62,614 nt of DNA from Lachnospiraceae bacterium. GTDB taxonomy: Bacteria; Bacillota; Clostridia; Lachnospirales; Bianqueaceae. How positions within the stretch are numbered: position 1 is the stretch's first letter; each line of letters begins with the position of its first letter. The notes under the pieces were generated by a model that saw only the letters and a list, made by a program, of their open reading frames with translations, was not told the origin of the DNA and searched no databases. Both the position numbers and the translations under genes were made by a program. Below, in pieces: positions 44,341 to 51,719 of the stretch. The stretch lies in NCBI GenBank assembly GCA_021442595.1, contig JABUST010000218.1:1-62614 (forward strand), written 5' to 3'.

Positions 44341-45120
44341 ATGGCGAAGGTAGTTGCGGTAGCGAATCAGAAAGGCGGTGTTGGTAAAACGACCACCGTA
44401 GTGAATCTGGGAGCATGTCTGGCAAAGAAAGGTAAAAAGGTCCTGCTCATTGATCTGGATCCTCAGGGAAATACCACCAGCGGATTCGGTCTGAACAAAG
44501 AGACCATTATGAATACCAGTTATGAAATGCTCATGCAGGACTGCGAAATCAAGGACGCAGTATTAAAGTTGGAGGAGTTCAAACTGGATCTGATTCCATC
44601 GAGTGTGGACCTTGCAGGAGCAGAAGTGGAGCTTATCGGTATCAATGACAGAGAATCCATGCTGGAGAAGGACCTGAAGGAGATCAAGAAGAATTACGAT
44701 GTGATTCTCATTGACTGTCCGCCTTCGCTGAACATCCTGACCATCAATGCATTTAAGGCGGCAAACTCCATTCTGGTGCCCATTCAGTGTGAGTTTTATG
44801 CAATGGAAGGATTAACTCAGCTCATCAACACTATCAATCTGGTGAAACAGAAGCTGAATCCCTCCATTGAGATCGAAGGTGTAGTTTTCACCATGTATGA
44901 CAGCCGCACCAACTTATCACAGCAGGTGGTAGATGAAATTACAGCTTTCCTGCCGAAAAAAGTGTTCAAGACCATGATTCCCCGAAATGTAAGACTGGCA
45001 GAAGCTCCAAGCTACGGACTTCCCGTAATATATTACGATACCACATCCAAGGGCTCGGAGAGTTACAAGGAACTTGCAGAGGAATTTATTCAAAGATCCC
45101 TTTCCGGAAAGAAAAGATAA
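44341..45120 (+). CDS. soj: ParA/Soj chromosome partitioning ATPase
   Basis: Contains the deviant Walker A VANQKGGVGKTTT, and DLDPQGN. Confidence 0.95.
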   Translation: MAKVVAVANQKGGVGKTTTVVNLGACLAKKGKKVLLIDLDPQGNTTSGFGLNKETIMNTSYEMLMQDCEIKDAVLKLEEFKLDLIPSSVDLAGAEVELIGINDRESMLEKDLKEIKKNYDVILIDCPPSLNILTINAFKAANSILVPIQCEFYAMEGLTQLINTINLVKQKLNPSIEIEGVVFTMYDSRTNLSQQVVDEITAFLPKKVFKTMIPRNVRLAEAPSYGLPVIYYDTTSKGSESYKELAEEFIQRSLSGKKR

Positions 45121-45129
45121 GGAGCAGAA

Positions 45130-46104
45130 ATGGCAGCAGCAAAGAAAAGAGGTCTTGGAAGAGGCCTTGGTGCCCTGATGGGTGGCCTGGAAACAGAAGA
45201 AGTAACTATAGAGCAGGATGAACAGGCTAAGGAAGAACCGAAAGCGGAAACTACAAAAACAGGGAAGAGTAACAAATCCAAAACAGAACCTGTCAATCTT
45301 TCCGGAGTGCAGGAGATCGATATCAATCTGTTGAGCCCGGATAAGTCTCAGCCCAGAAAAAATTTCGATGAAGAAGCTCTGAGTGAACTTGCAGAGTCCA
45401 TTAAGGAGTTCGGAGTAATCCAGCCTCTTCTGGTACAGAAAAAAGAGGATTATTACCAGATCATCGCAGGAGAAAGACGCTTCCGGGCAGCCATGAAGGC
45501 AGGTCTGAAGAAGCTTCCTGCTTTGATCAAGGAATACAATCCTCAGGAAACACTGGAAGTATCACTAATTGAAAACATCCAGAGAGAAAATCTGGACCCC
45601 ATCGAAGAAGCTCAGGCCTATCAGCGGCTTTCCGAAGAATACAAGCTTACCCAGGAGGAAATCGCCGGGAAGGTGGGTAAAAGCCGTCCGGTGGTTGCCA
45701 ATGCCCTCAGGCTTCTGAATCTGGATCCTCAGGTCCGGAATATGGTGGCGGAGGGACGCCTCTCCACCGGCCATGCAAAAGTGCTATTGGGTGTAGAAAA
45801 TAAAGAACTGGGACTTATGCTGGCAAGCAAGTGCGCTGCAGACGGATGGAGCGTCCGTCAGCTGGAGAAAGCTGTGGAAGCAGCCAGAAAGGTCTCCGCG
45901 GAGCCTGAGACTAATAAGAAAGAAGATCCCCTCAAGCGAGCAGAAGCCCTTGCCATTGCCAGAGTAGAAGAAGAAATGCAGAAGCTCTTCGGAACCAAGG
46001 TGCAGATAATAGCGGGAAAGAAAAAAGGAAAGATCGAGATCGAATACTATTCGGAGGATGAACTGGAGCGGGTTTTGGCCTTGCTTCGGTCTTTAGGCGC
46101 ATGA
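45130..46104 (+). CDS. spo0J: ParB/Spo0J chromosome partitioning protein
   Basis: Contains QPRKNFDEEALSELAESIKEFGVIQPLLV, IIAGERRFRAA and the HTH LTQEEIAGKVGKSRPVVANALRLL. Confidence 0.95.
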   Translation: MAAAKKRGLGRGLGALMGGLETEEVTIEQDEQAKEEPKAETTKTGKSNKSKTEPVNLSGVQEIDINLLSPDKSQPRKNFDEEALSELAESIKEFGVIQPLLVQKKEDYYQIIAGERRFRAAMKAGLKKLPALIKEYNPQETLEVSLIENIQRENLDPIEEAQAYQRLSEEYKLTQEEIAGKVGKSRPVVANALRLLNLDPQVRNMVAEGRLSTGHAKVLLGVENKELGLMLASKCAADGWSVRQLEKAVEAARKVSAEPETNKKEDPLKRAEALAIARVEEEMQKLFGTKVQIIAGKKKGKIEIEYYSEDELERVLALLRSLGA

Positions 46105-46943
46105 TCAAGCTTGCAGCACTGGATCTGGATGGAACACTTCTGTCCGATGACAAAACCATTTGTAATGAAAACAGGGAAGCTATCAGGGAAGCGTTGAAAC
46201 AAGGATGTAAAGTGGTCCTTTGTTCCGGGCGTTCCCCGGGAAGTCTTCAATTTCTCATGAAGGAACTGGGTCTGAACATTCCCGGACAGTATGGAATTGC
46301 GTTAAATGGTGCGGTCGTGTTTGAAGCAGACACAGGAAAAGTGATTTCTGCACAGGAAATGGAACCGGAGAGTGCAGAAGCTGTACTGCGGGTGGGCGTT
46401 CCTCTCATGGATGGGCTGAACATTCAGCTGTACCATGTAGATAAAGTATTTGTACAGAGATGGGACGAGACCAGTGAATTCTATGAAAAAGTCACCCATA
46501 CAAAGCCGGTTCTGGTGAAGGATCTTCGTGAGCTGACCAAAGGCGTCATTAAAATGAGCTATTTCCAGAAATGGGACGAAGCCCCCAGTGTTACCCACGG
46601 TCTGGAGGAGATCCTGGCATTGAAAGAGAAAGTAGAACCTCAGCTGCCAAAATCCCTGGCTGCACAGGTATCAGCCCCCTATCTGCTGGAATTCATGAGG
46701 GCAGATATCCATAAGGGGATCGGCATGGAAGCCCTGGGAGAAATTCTGGGAATCCGAAGAGATGAAATGATGGGTGTAGGTGATCTGGAAAACGATCTGG
46801 GTATGTTGGAATATGCCGGTGTAGGCGTGGCCATGAAAAACGGAACTCAGAGGGTCAAAGATCAGGCCGATTATGTCACTGAGCGCACCAACAATGAAGG
46901 CGGCGTGGCAGAAGTGATCCGGCGTTTCGTGCTGGAAGCGTAA
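46101..46943 (+). CDS. Cof-type HAD-IIB family hydrolase
   Basis: Contains IKLAALDLDGTLL and GVGDLENDLGML, about 280 aa in all. Confidence 0.85.
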   Translation: MIKLAALDLDGTLLSDDKTICNENREAIREALKQGCKVVLCSGRSPGSLQFLMKELGLNIPGQYGIALNGAVVFEADTGKVISAQEMEPESAEAVLRVGVPLMDGLNIQLYHVDKVFVQRWDETSEFYEKVTHTKPVLVKDLRELTKGVIKMSYFQKWDEAPSVTHGLEEILALKEKVEPQLPKSLAAQVSAPYLLEFMRADIHKGIGMEALGEILGIRRDEMMGVGDLENDLGMLEYAGVGVAMKNGTQRVKDQADYVTERTNNEGGVAEVIRRFVLEA

Positions 46944-46978
46944 CCCGGAAAAAACAGCAGGATATGCACCGGGTCATC

Positions 46979-47007
46979 TTGAAACAGACCCTAAAAAGAT
47001 ATATAAT
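46979..47007 (+). promoter_or_regulatory. sigma-A-type promoter of the tRNA-Arg(CCG) transcript
   Basis: TTGAAA, 17 nt, TATAAT. Confidence 0.6.
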
Positions 47008-47012
47008 GATTA

Positions 47013-47188
47013 GGAGTTCGCAAAGCCGTCGAGGCTTTGGTATCTTATAAGATAAATATTGGAGTTTGCTCGGCAAACTCCGTAAGATGTCAAACCCGTC
47101 GAGGGATTGGTATCTTATAAGATAAATGTTGGAGTTTGCTCCGCAAACTCCGTAAGATGTCAAACCCATTTAGGGTTTGACATCTTAT
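47013..47188 (+). repeat. structured tRNA leader built from a 70-nt tandem unit (two copies plus a partial one)
   Basis: Units 47041-47110 and 47111-47180 are near identical, with a period of exactly 70 nt. Each holds hairpin A (ggagtttgc-tNN-gcaaactcc) and hairpin B (taagatgtcaaaccc-5nt-gggNttgNNatctta). The copy next to the tRNA is a perfect 15-bp hairpin ending 1 nt before tRNA position +1. Confidence 0.8.
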
Positions 47189-47261
47189 GCGCCCGTAGCT
47201 CAGGGGATAGAGCGGCGGCTTCCGGAGCCGCGCGTCGGGGGTTCGAATCCTCTCGGGCGTA
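47189..47261 (+). tRNA. tRNA-Arg (anticodon CCG)
   Basis: Acceptor gcgcccg/cgggcgt, anticodon stem gcggc/gccgc, loop ttCCGga, T-loop ttcgaat. Confidence 0.9.
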
Positions 47262-47410
47262 CTTAAGGAGATCCTGTTTCAGGGTCTCCTATTTCATTGC
47301 AGTGAAGGTAAAAGCGTGTTATCATACACAGTGTATCCGCCCATTTAGCCCGGGTCTATTGGCCGGTCAAAAGGAACATGAATCAGGGCAGATCATAAGG
47401 AGGAAATTAA

Positions 47411-48796
47411 ATGGAGAAGAAATCTCTGTGGCTTACTTATTCCCCGGAGCGGAAGGCTGAATGCTTTGCATTCAATGAGGAATATAAGGCTTTCATGTCA
47501 GCTGCCAAAACCGAGCGGGAAAGCGTTACCGAAGTTATCAAGATGGCAAAGGCAAAGGGCTACCGTGACCTGTATGAGGTCATTGCAGAAGGCGGAAGGC
47601 TGGTACCCGGTGATAAGGTCTACGCAAACAATCGGGGCAAAGCAGCCATGTTCGTCCAGATCGGCAGTGAAGATCTGGAAAAAGGTCTGAAGATCCTGGG
47701 CGCCCATGTAGATTCTCCTCGTCTGGACTTTAAGCAGAATCCTCTCTATGAGGACTCCGAGTTCGCCATGGTCAAGACCCATTACTACGGCGGCATCAAG
47801 AAATTCCAGTGGGTCACCCTGCCCCTGGCCATCCACGGCATCATCTGCAAGAAGGACGGAACTTCCGTGAATGTCAACATCGGTGAGGACGCAGGAGACC
47901 CTGTTTTCGGTATCTCTGACATTCTTCCCCATCTGGGAAAGGATCAGAATGGCAAGAGCATCGGCGAGGCCTTCACCGGTGAGGATCTTAACCTGAATAT
48001 CGGCAGCATTCCCGCAGAAGGCGAGGAGAAGAATGCTGTTAAGAAGAATATTCTGAACATCCTGAAGGACAAGTACGGCATGGAAGAGGAAGACTTCCTG
48101 TCTGCAGAGCTGGAAGTTGTACCTGCAGGTCCCGCCAGAGACCTGGGACTGGACCGCAGCATGGTCTACGCCTACGGCCATGATGACCGGGTGTGCGCAT
48201 ACACCAGCGCAGCTGCTCAGTTTGCACTGGCTGACACCATCCCCGACAGAGCCTATGTGACCCTGTTGGTAGATAAGGAAGAAATCGGTTCCGTGGGTGC
48301 CACCGGTATGCACAGCCGATTCTTTGAGAACTGCATGGCAGAGATCATGAATCTGACCGGCGGATACAGCGAGCTGAAGCTTCGCCGCTGCCTGTCCAAC
48401 TCCTGCATGCTTTCCTCTGACGTTAGTGCCGGCTTCGATCCCAACTTCCCCGGCGTTCATGAGAAGATGAATGCACCCTTCTTCGGATACGGCCCGGTGC
48501 TGAGCAAGTTCACCGGTTCCCGCGGAAAAGGCGGCTCCAACGATGCAGGTCCCGAGTTCATCGCTTCTTTGAGAGATATCTTCGAGAAGGATGAGGTGGC
48601 CTTCCAGATGGCAGAACTGGGAAAGGTAGACCAGGGCGGCGGCGGTACGATCGCTTACATTCTGGCTCAGTACTCCATGGATGTCATCGATGTAGGCGTG
48701 GCTCTGCATAACATGCATGCCCCTTGGGAGCTGGCCTCCAAGGCTGATATCTTCGAAACCTACCGTGCTTATATCAGTTTCCTGACGAAGATGTAA
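47411..48796 (+). CDS. M18-family aminopeptidase
   Basis: A 461-aa protein with GAHVDSPRLDFK, THYYGGIKKFQW, DDRVC and GGGGTIA, typical of aminopeptidase 1 / the M18 family. Confidence 0.8.
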   Translation: MEKKSLWLTYSPERKAECFAFNEEYKAFMSAAKTERESVTEVIKMAKAKGYRDLYEVIAEGGRLVPGDKVYANNRGKAAMFVQIGSEDLEKGLKILGAHVDSPRLDFKQNPLYEDSEFAMVKTHYYGGIKKFQWVTLPLAIHGIICKKDGTSVNVNIGEDAGDPVFGISDILPHLGKDQNGKSIGEAFTGEDLNLNIGSIPAEGEEKNAVKKNILNILKDKYGMEEEDFLSAELEVVPAGPARDLGLDRSMVYAYGHDDRVCAYTSAAAQFALADTIPDRAYVTLLVDKEEIGSVGATGMHSRFFENCMAEIMNLTGGYSELKLRRCLSNSCMLSSDVSAGFDPNFPGVHEKMNAPFFGYGPVLSKFTGSRGKGGSNDAGPEFIASLRDIFEKDEVAFQMAELGKVDQGGGGTIAYILAQYSMDVIDVGVALHNMHAPWELASKADIFETYRAYISFLTKM

Positions 48797-48860
48797 AATG
48801 GTTACGCCCAGCGGCATTACCTAATGTCAAGAAGGAAATAATATGGTATAATATGTCCCG

Positions 48861-48983
48861 GAGTTTGCAAAGCAAACTCAGTAAGTACAACAACCCGTTG
48901 AGGGGAAATTCAAAAAACCTGATACCGAGTTTGCAAAGCAAACTCAGTAAGTTCGCAAAGCCCGCGAGGCTTTGCGAACTTAT
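48861..48983 (+). repeat. structured tRNA leader, same two-hairpin module family as 47013-47188
   Basis: Hairpin A (gagtttgc-aaa-gcaaactc) occurs twice. The final hairpin B (taagttcgcaaagcc-cgcga-ggctttgcgaactta) is perfect and ends 1 nt before the tRNA. An extended -10 TGgTATAAT lies at 48844-48852. Confidence 0.75.
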
Positions 48984-49056
48984 GCGCCTGTAGCTCAGGG
49001 GATAGAGCAGTGGTTTCCTAAACCATGTGTCGGAGGTTCGATTCCTCTCAGGCGTA
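48984..49056 (+). tRNA. tRNA-Arg (anticodon CCT)
   Basis: Acceptor gcgcctg/caggcgt, anticodon stem gtggt/accat, loop ttCCTaa, T-arm ggagg-ttcgatt-cctct. Confidence 0.9.
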
Positions 49057-49129
49057 CTTGAACAAAAGCTTCAGGAGCGGCCCGGCCGCTCCCGGAGATG
49101 AACATATATACAGGACAGAAACAGGAAAA

Positions 49130-49726
49130 ATGGTAAAAACACTCACCGGTGTGGTCAGAGAATCCCTGAACTCACAGCGACAGGAGGGAGAGACCTCTCT
49201 GCTGAAGGAGCTGGGCAGCTGGCTGTTCATCGTATTGGTGGCTCTGGCCGCCGCTATCATGATGAATTCCTTCATCATCGTCAACGCTGAAGTCACCAGC
49301 GGATCCATGCAGAACGGCATCATGACCAACGATCGGGTCATCGGCCTGAGAACGGCTTATTGGCTGGGAGAGCCTCAGAGAGGTGACATCGTCTTTTTCC
49401 GGTTCCCGGACAATGAGTCCCAGATCTTCATCAAGCGCGTCATCGGTCTGCCCGGAGATGTGGTGGAGATCAAAGAAGGCGTCACCTACATAAACGGCGA
49501 GGTTTTGGAGGAGAACTATCTGGCCGAGCCTGCCAAGGCCCGGAACTTCGGACCCTACGAGGTCCCCGAGGACAGTTATTTCATGATGGGGGACAACCGG
49601 AACTGCTCCAATGACTCCCGCTATTGGACCCACACCTATGTAAGCAAGAACAAGATCCTGGGCAAGGCCTACTGGATCTATTATCCCAGATTCGCGAGCC
49701 TGATGCACGGTGACGAGACACCCTGA
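49130..49726 (+). CDS. lepB: signal peptidase I
   Basis: Has a TM segment, then VTSGSMQNG (catalytic Ser), GDIVFF, FIKRVIGLPGD (Lys) and GDNRNCSNDSRYW. I moved the start to ATG 49130 because the ORF-track start overlaps the tRNA. Confidence 0.88.
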   Translation: MVKTLTGVVRESLNSQRQEGETSLLKELGSWLFIVLVALAAAIMMNSFIIVNAEVTSGSMQNGIMTNDRVIGLRTAYWLGEPQRGDIVFFRFPDNESQIFIKRVIGLPGDVVEIKEGVTYINGEVLEENYLAEPAKARNFGPYEVPEDSYFMMGDNRNCSNDSRYWTHTYVSKNKILGKAYWIYYPRFASLMHGDETP

Positions 49727-49752
49727 TCCGGCCGCAGAAACATGAGGACAAA

Positions 49753-50787
49753 ATGAAAAAACTGAAGATTGGCATCATCGGAGCCGGAGGCATCGCGAGA
49801 AAGCGCATGATTCCCGGCATTCTGAAGGCCGAGCATGTGACACTGACAGCTATCATGGATGTCAGTGTTTCTGTTTGCGAGGCCATTGCAGCCCAGCTGC
49901 AGGAAGAGAACGGCATCAACATACGCACCTTCACAGACGCGGCAGAGCTTATCAGGTGGGAAGGGGTAGATCTGGTGTACATCGGCTCTCCCGTCTTTGT
50001 ACACAAGGAGCAGGTGGCTCTGTGCGCCGCCGCCGGAAAGCCGGTCCTCTGCGAGAAGCCCCTGGGCAGAACTGTGGAAGAGGTTCAGGAAATGGTGGAT
50101 CTTTGCCGAAAAGCAGGAATCCACGCCGGAACTGCCTTCATGATGCGATTCCACACTTTCCATCGTCAGCTGAAAAACATGATCGAAGAAGGTAAATTCG
50201 GCGCCATCGTATCCGGCCGGGCGCAGCAGGTGTTCTGGTATCCGCCCATGGAGGGATCCTGGCGTCAGGTGAAAGCCCTGGGAGGCGGCGGAGCCCTCAT
50301 GGATGTGGGCGTACACAACATCGATCTGATGGAATACATTCTGGGCTCCAAAACAGCCTATCTGACGGGCTTCACGGATACCCGCACCTTTGATTACGAT
50401 GTAGACGACAGTTGTCATCTGCTCATTAAGATGGAGAACGGCGCTGTGGTATATATTGACGGAGCCTTTAATGAGAACTCCGGTCCGCAGGGAAGTCTGC
50501 TGGAGATCTACGGAACGAAAGGAACCGCCATTCTCCGGGGCACCCTGGGCCAGGTAGAAGGCGGCTTTGTAGAAGGTTTTATGATTACCGAGGACGGAAA
50601 GAGGGTTCCCCTGGAGCTGACGCCGGACTTTACGGACATGTACACCAAAGAGGTGGATGCCTTTGCTCTGTCTGTGCTGGATGATACCCCGGAGCCTGTT
50701 CCCCTGGAGCAGGGACTGTGGATTCAGAGCGTGGCAGAAGCGGCTTACGAGGCCCAGGCAGACAGCGCCGTTATTCACATCGTTTGA
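49753..50787 (+). CDS. Gfo/Idh/MocA family oxidoreductase
   Basis: KIGIIGAGGIARKR indicates a Rossmann N-terminus, and EKPL is present. Length is 344 aa. Confidence 0.85.
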   Translation: MKKLKIGIIGAGGIARKRMIPGILKAEHVTLTAIMDVSVSVCEAIAAQLQEENGINIRTFTDAAELIRWEGVDLVYIGSPVFVHKEQVALCAAAGKPVLCEKPLGRTVEEVQEMVDLCRKAGIHAGTAFMMRFHTFHRQLKNMIEEGKFGAIVSGRAQQVFWYPPMEGSWRQVKALGGGGALMDVGVHNIDLMEYILGSKTAYLTGFTDTRTFDYDVDDSCHLLIKMENGAVVYIDGAFNENSGPQGSLLEIYGTKGTAILRGTLGQVEGGFVEGFMITEDGKRVPLELTPDFTDMYTKEVDAFALSVLDDTPEPVPLEQGLWIQSVAEAAYEAQADSAVIHIV

Positions 50788-51376
50788 TCCTCATGACCTG
50801 AGAGCCCTGGGACAGGTAGGCTGCTTCCACCCGGTCACGGGGAAAGTAAGCCCCCTCCCCACTGGTGGGATCGTTAAAGTAGAAGCCTTCGTCATCATAG
50901 CCAATGAGGAGGGTGCAGTGCATGGGGCATGTCCAGATGATCTCCCGGTTTTCCGGGGTGGTCCAGGTGATGGACTGATAGGGAGCTGCAAAACCGATGG
51001 TGCCCCAGAAGACCAGAGGAATATCCTGATCCAGATAGGACTTCAGTTCATCCAGAGTCAGACCGTAAAAGGTCTCGGTGGTGAAGCCGGGGATGCCGGC
51101 GATGGCCTCCTCAAGAACAGGAGCGAAGCAGCCCCAGCCGAATTCTTTGGAGTAGGGAGTACCGGGGAAGCACTTCCAGGGGTCATCTCCGTAATACTTT
51201 CCGTCTTCACCTTTTTCGGGTACCTTCCCCAGGGGCAGATGGTTGTCGATGAAATCATCCACGGTACCGGTGTAGCCCAGGTACTGCATGGCCATGACGG
51301 CGGAAACACTCTCACATCCGGTGGGATACTTGATCAGCTGGGAGATAAAGGGAACATTGGGAACGATGTGCTTCAT
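50771..51376 (-). CDS. C39-like (papain-fold) peptidase family protein
   Basis: VPFISQLIKYPTGCESVSAVMAMQYLGY resembles the Cys-containing N-terminus of Peptidase_C39_2/YvpB-like proteins. HCTLLIGYD provides a candidate His. Confidence 0.55.
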   Translation of the reverse strand: MKHIVPNVPFISQLIKYPTGCESVSAVMAMQYLGYTGTVDDFIDNHLPLGKVPEKGEDGKYYGDDPWKCFPGTPYSKEFGWGCFAPVLEEAIAGIPGFTTETFYGLTLDELKSYLDQDIPLVFWGTIGFAAPYQSITWTTPENREIIWTCPMHCTLLIGYDDEGFYFNDPTSGEGAYFPRDRVEAAYLSQGSQVMRIKRCE

Positions 51377-51398
51377 GGCAAACTCCTATTAATATGGC

Positions 51399-51427
51399 TT
51401 GACAAAGACAGGGGGCGGTGTTAAAAT
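51399..51427 (+). promoter_or_regulatory. sigma-A-type promoter of tRNA-Leu
   Basis: TTGACA, 17 nt, TAAAAT. Confidence 0.55.
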
Positions 51428-51451
51428 AGCCTTTGTCTTGAAAAGAGATAT

Positions 51452-51539
51452 GCAGCGGTGGCGAAACTGGCAAACGCGCTAGACTAAGGATCTAGTGACT
51501 AATACATACGTCTTGCGGGTTCAAGTCCCGCCCGCTGCA
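51452..51539 (+). tRNA. type II tRNA, tRNA-Leu with apparent anticodon AAG
   Basis: Acceptor gcagcgg/ccgctgc with discriminator A. The perfect anticodon stem ctaga/tctag flanks the loop ctAAGga (anticodon at 51486-51488). The long variable arm is about 19 nt, and the T-arm is gcggg-ttcaagt-cccgc. A terminator follows. Confidence 0.8.
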
Positions 51540-51545
51540 CTGAAG

Positions 51546-51570
51546 CCGAACCGAATGGTTCGGTTTTTTT
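51546..51570 (+). terminator. intrinsic terminator after tRNA-Leu
   Basis: Stem ccgaacc-gaat-ggttcgg followed by ttttttt. Confidence 0.8.
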
Positions 51571-51719
51571 GTTGTGTAAATAGTATTAAACAGGCTTTCC
51601 GAGCACGCTTCCCGGCCGCCCGGTGCTTTCAGAGCATGGGTAACGGCTGCCCGGAATGTATACATCAGGCACCGGATCTCCGGAGCCTGATGTAGTTTGG
51701 GGTGGTTTGGAATGGCGGC

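Noticed and set aside
44030-44425. ORFs in the argS-parA spacer encoding repeated MFHVEQN motifs.
   Set aside because: The repeated peptide motif is simply the translation of the three parS palindromes. The region is non-coding.
47013-47188. Possible CRISPR array, suggested by regularly spaced repeats.
   Set aside because: There are only two full 70-nt units, and these are themselves near-identical throughout, with no unique spacers. They lie directly fused to a tRNA gene, and no cas genes are present.
47107-47460. A 117-aa plus-strand ORF. Also the extended N-terminus of ORF 49025-49726.
   Set aside because: Both run through tRNA-Arg genes and their hairpin leaders. For 49025-49726, the real signal peptidase start is the internal ATG at 49130.
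50771-51376. The stand-alone C39-like peptidase, considered as the missing leader peptidase of the RiPP operon.
   Set aside because: It lies 45 kb away in normal-GC core DNA with its own context. Nothing in the sequence links it to the island.
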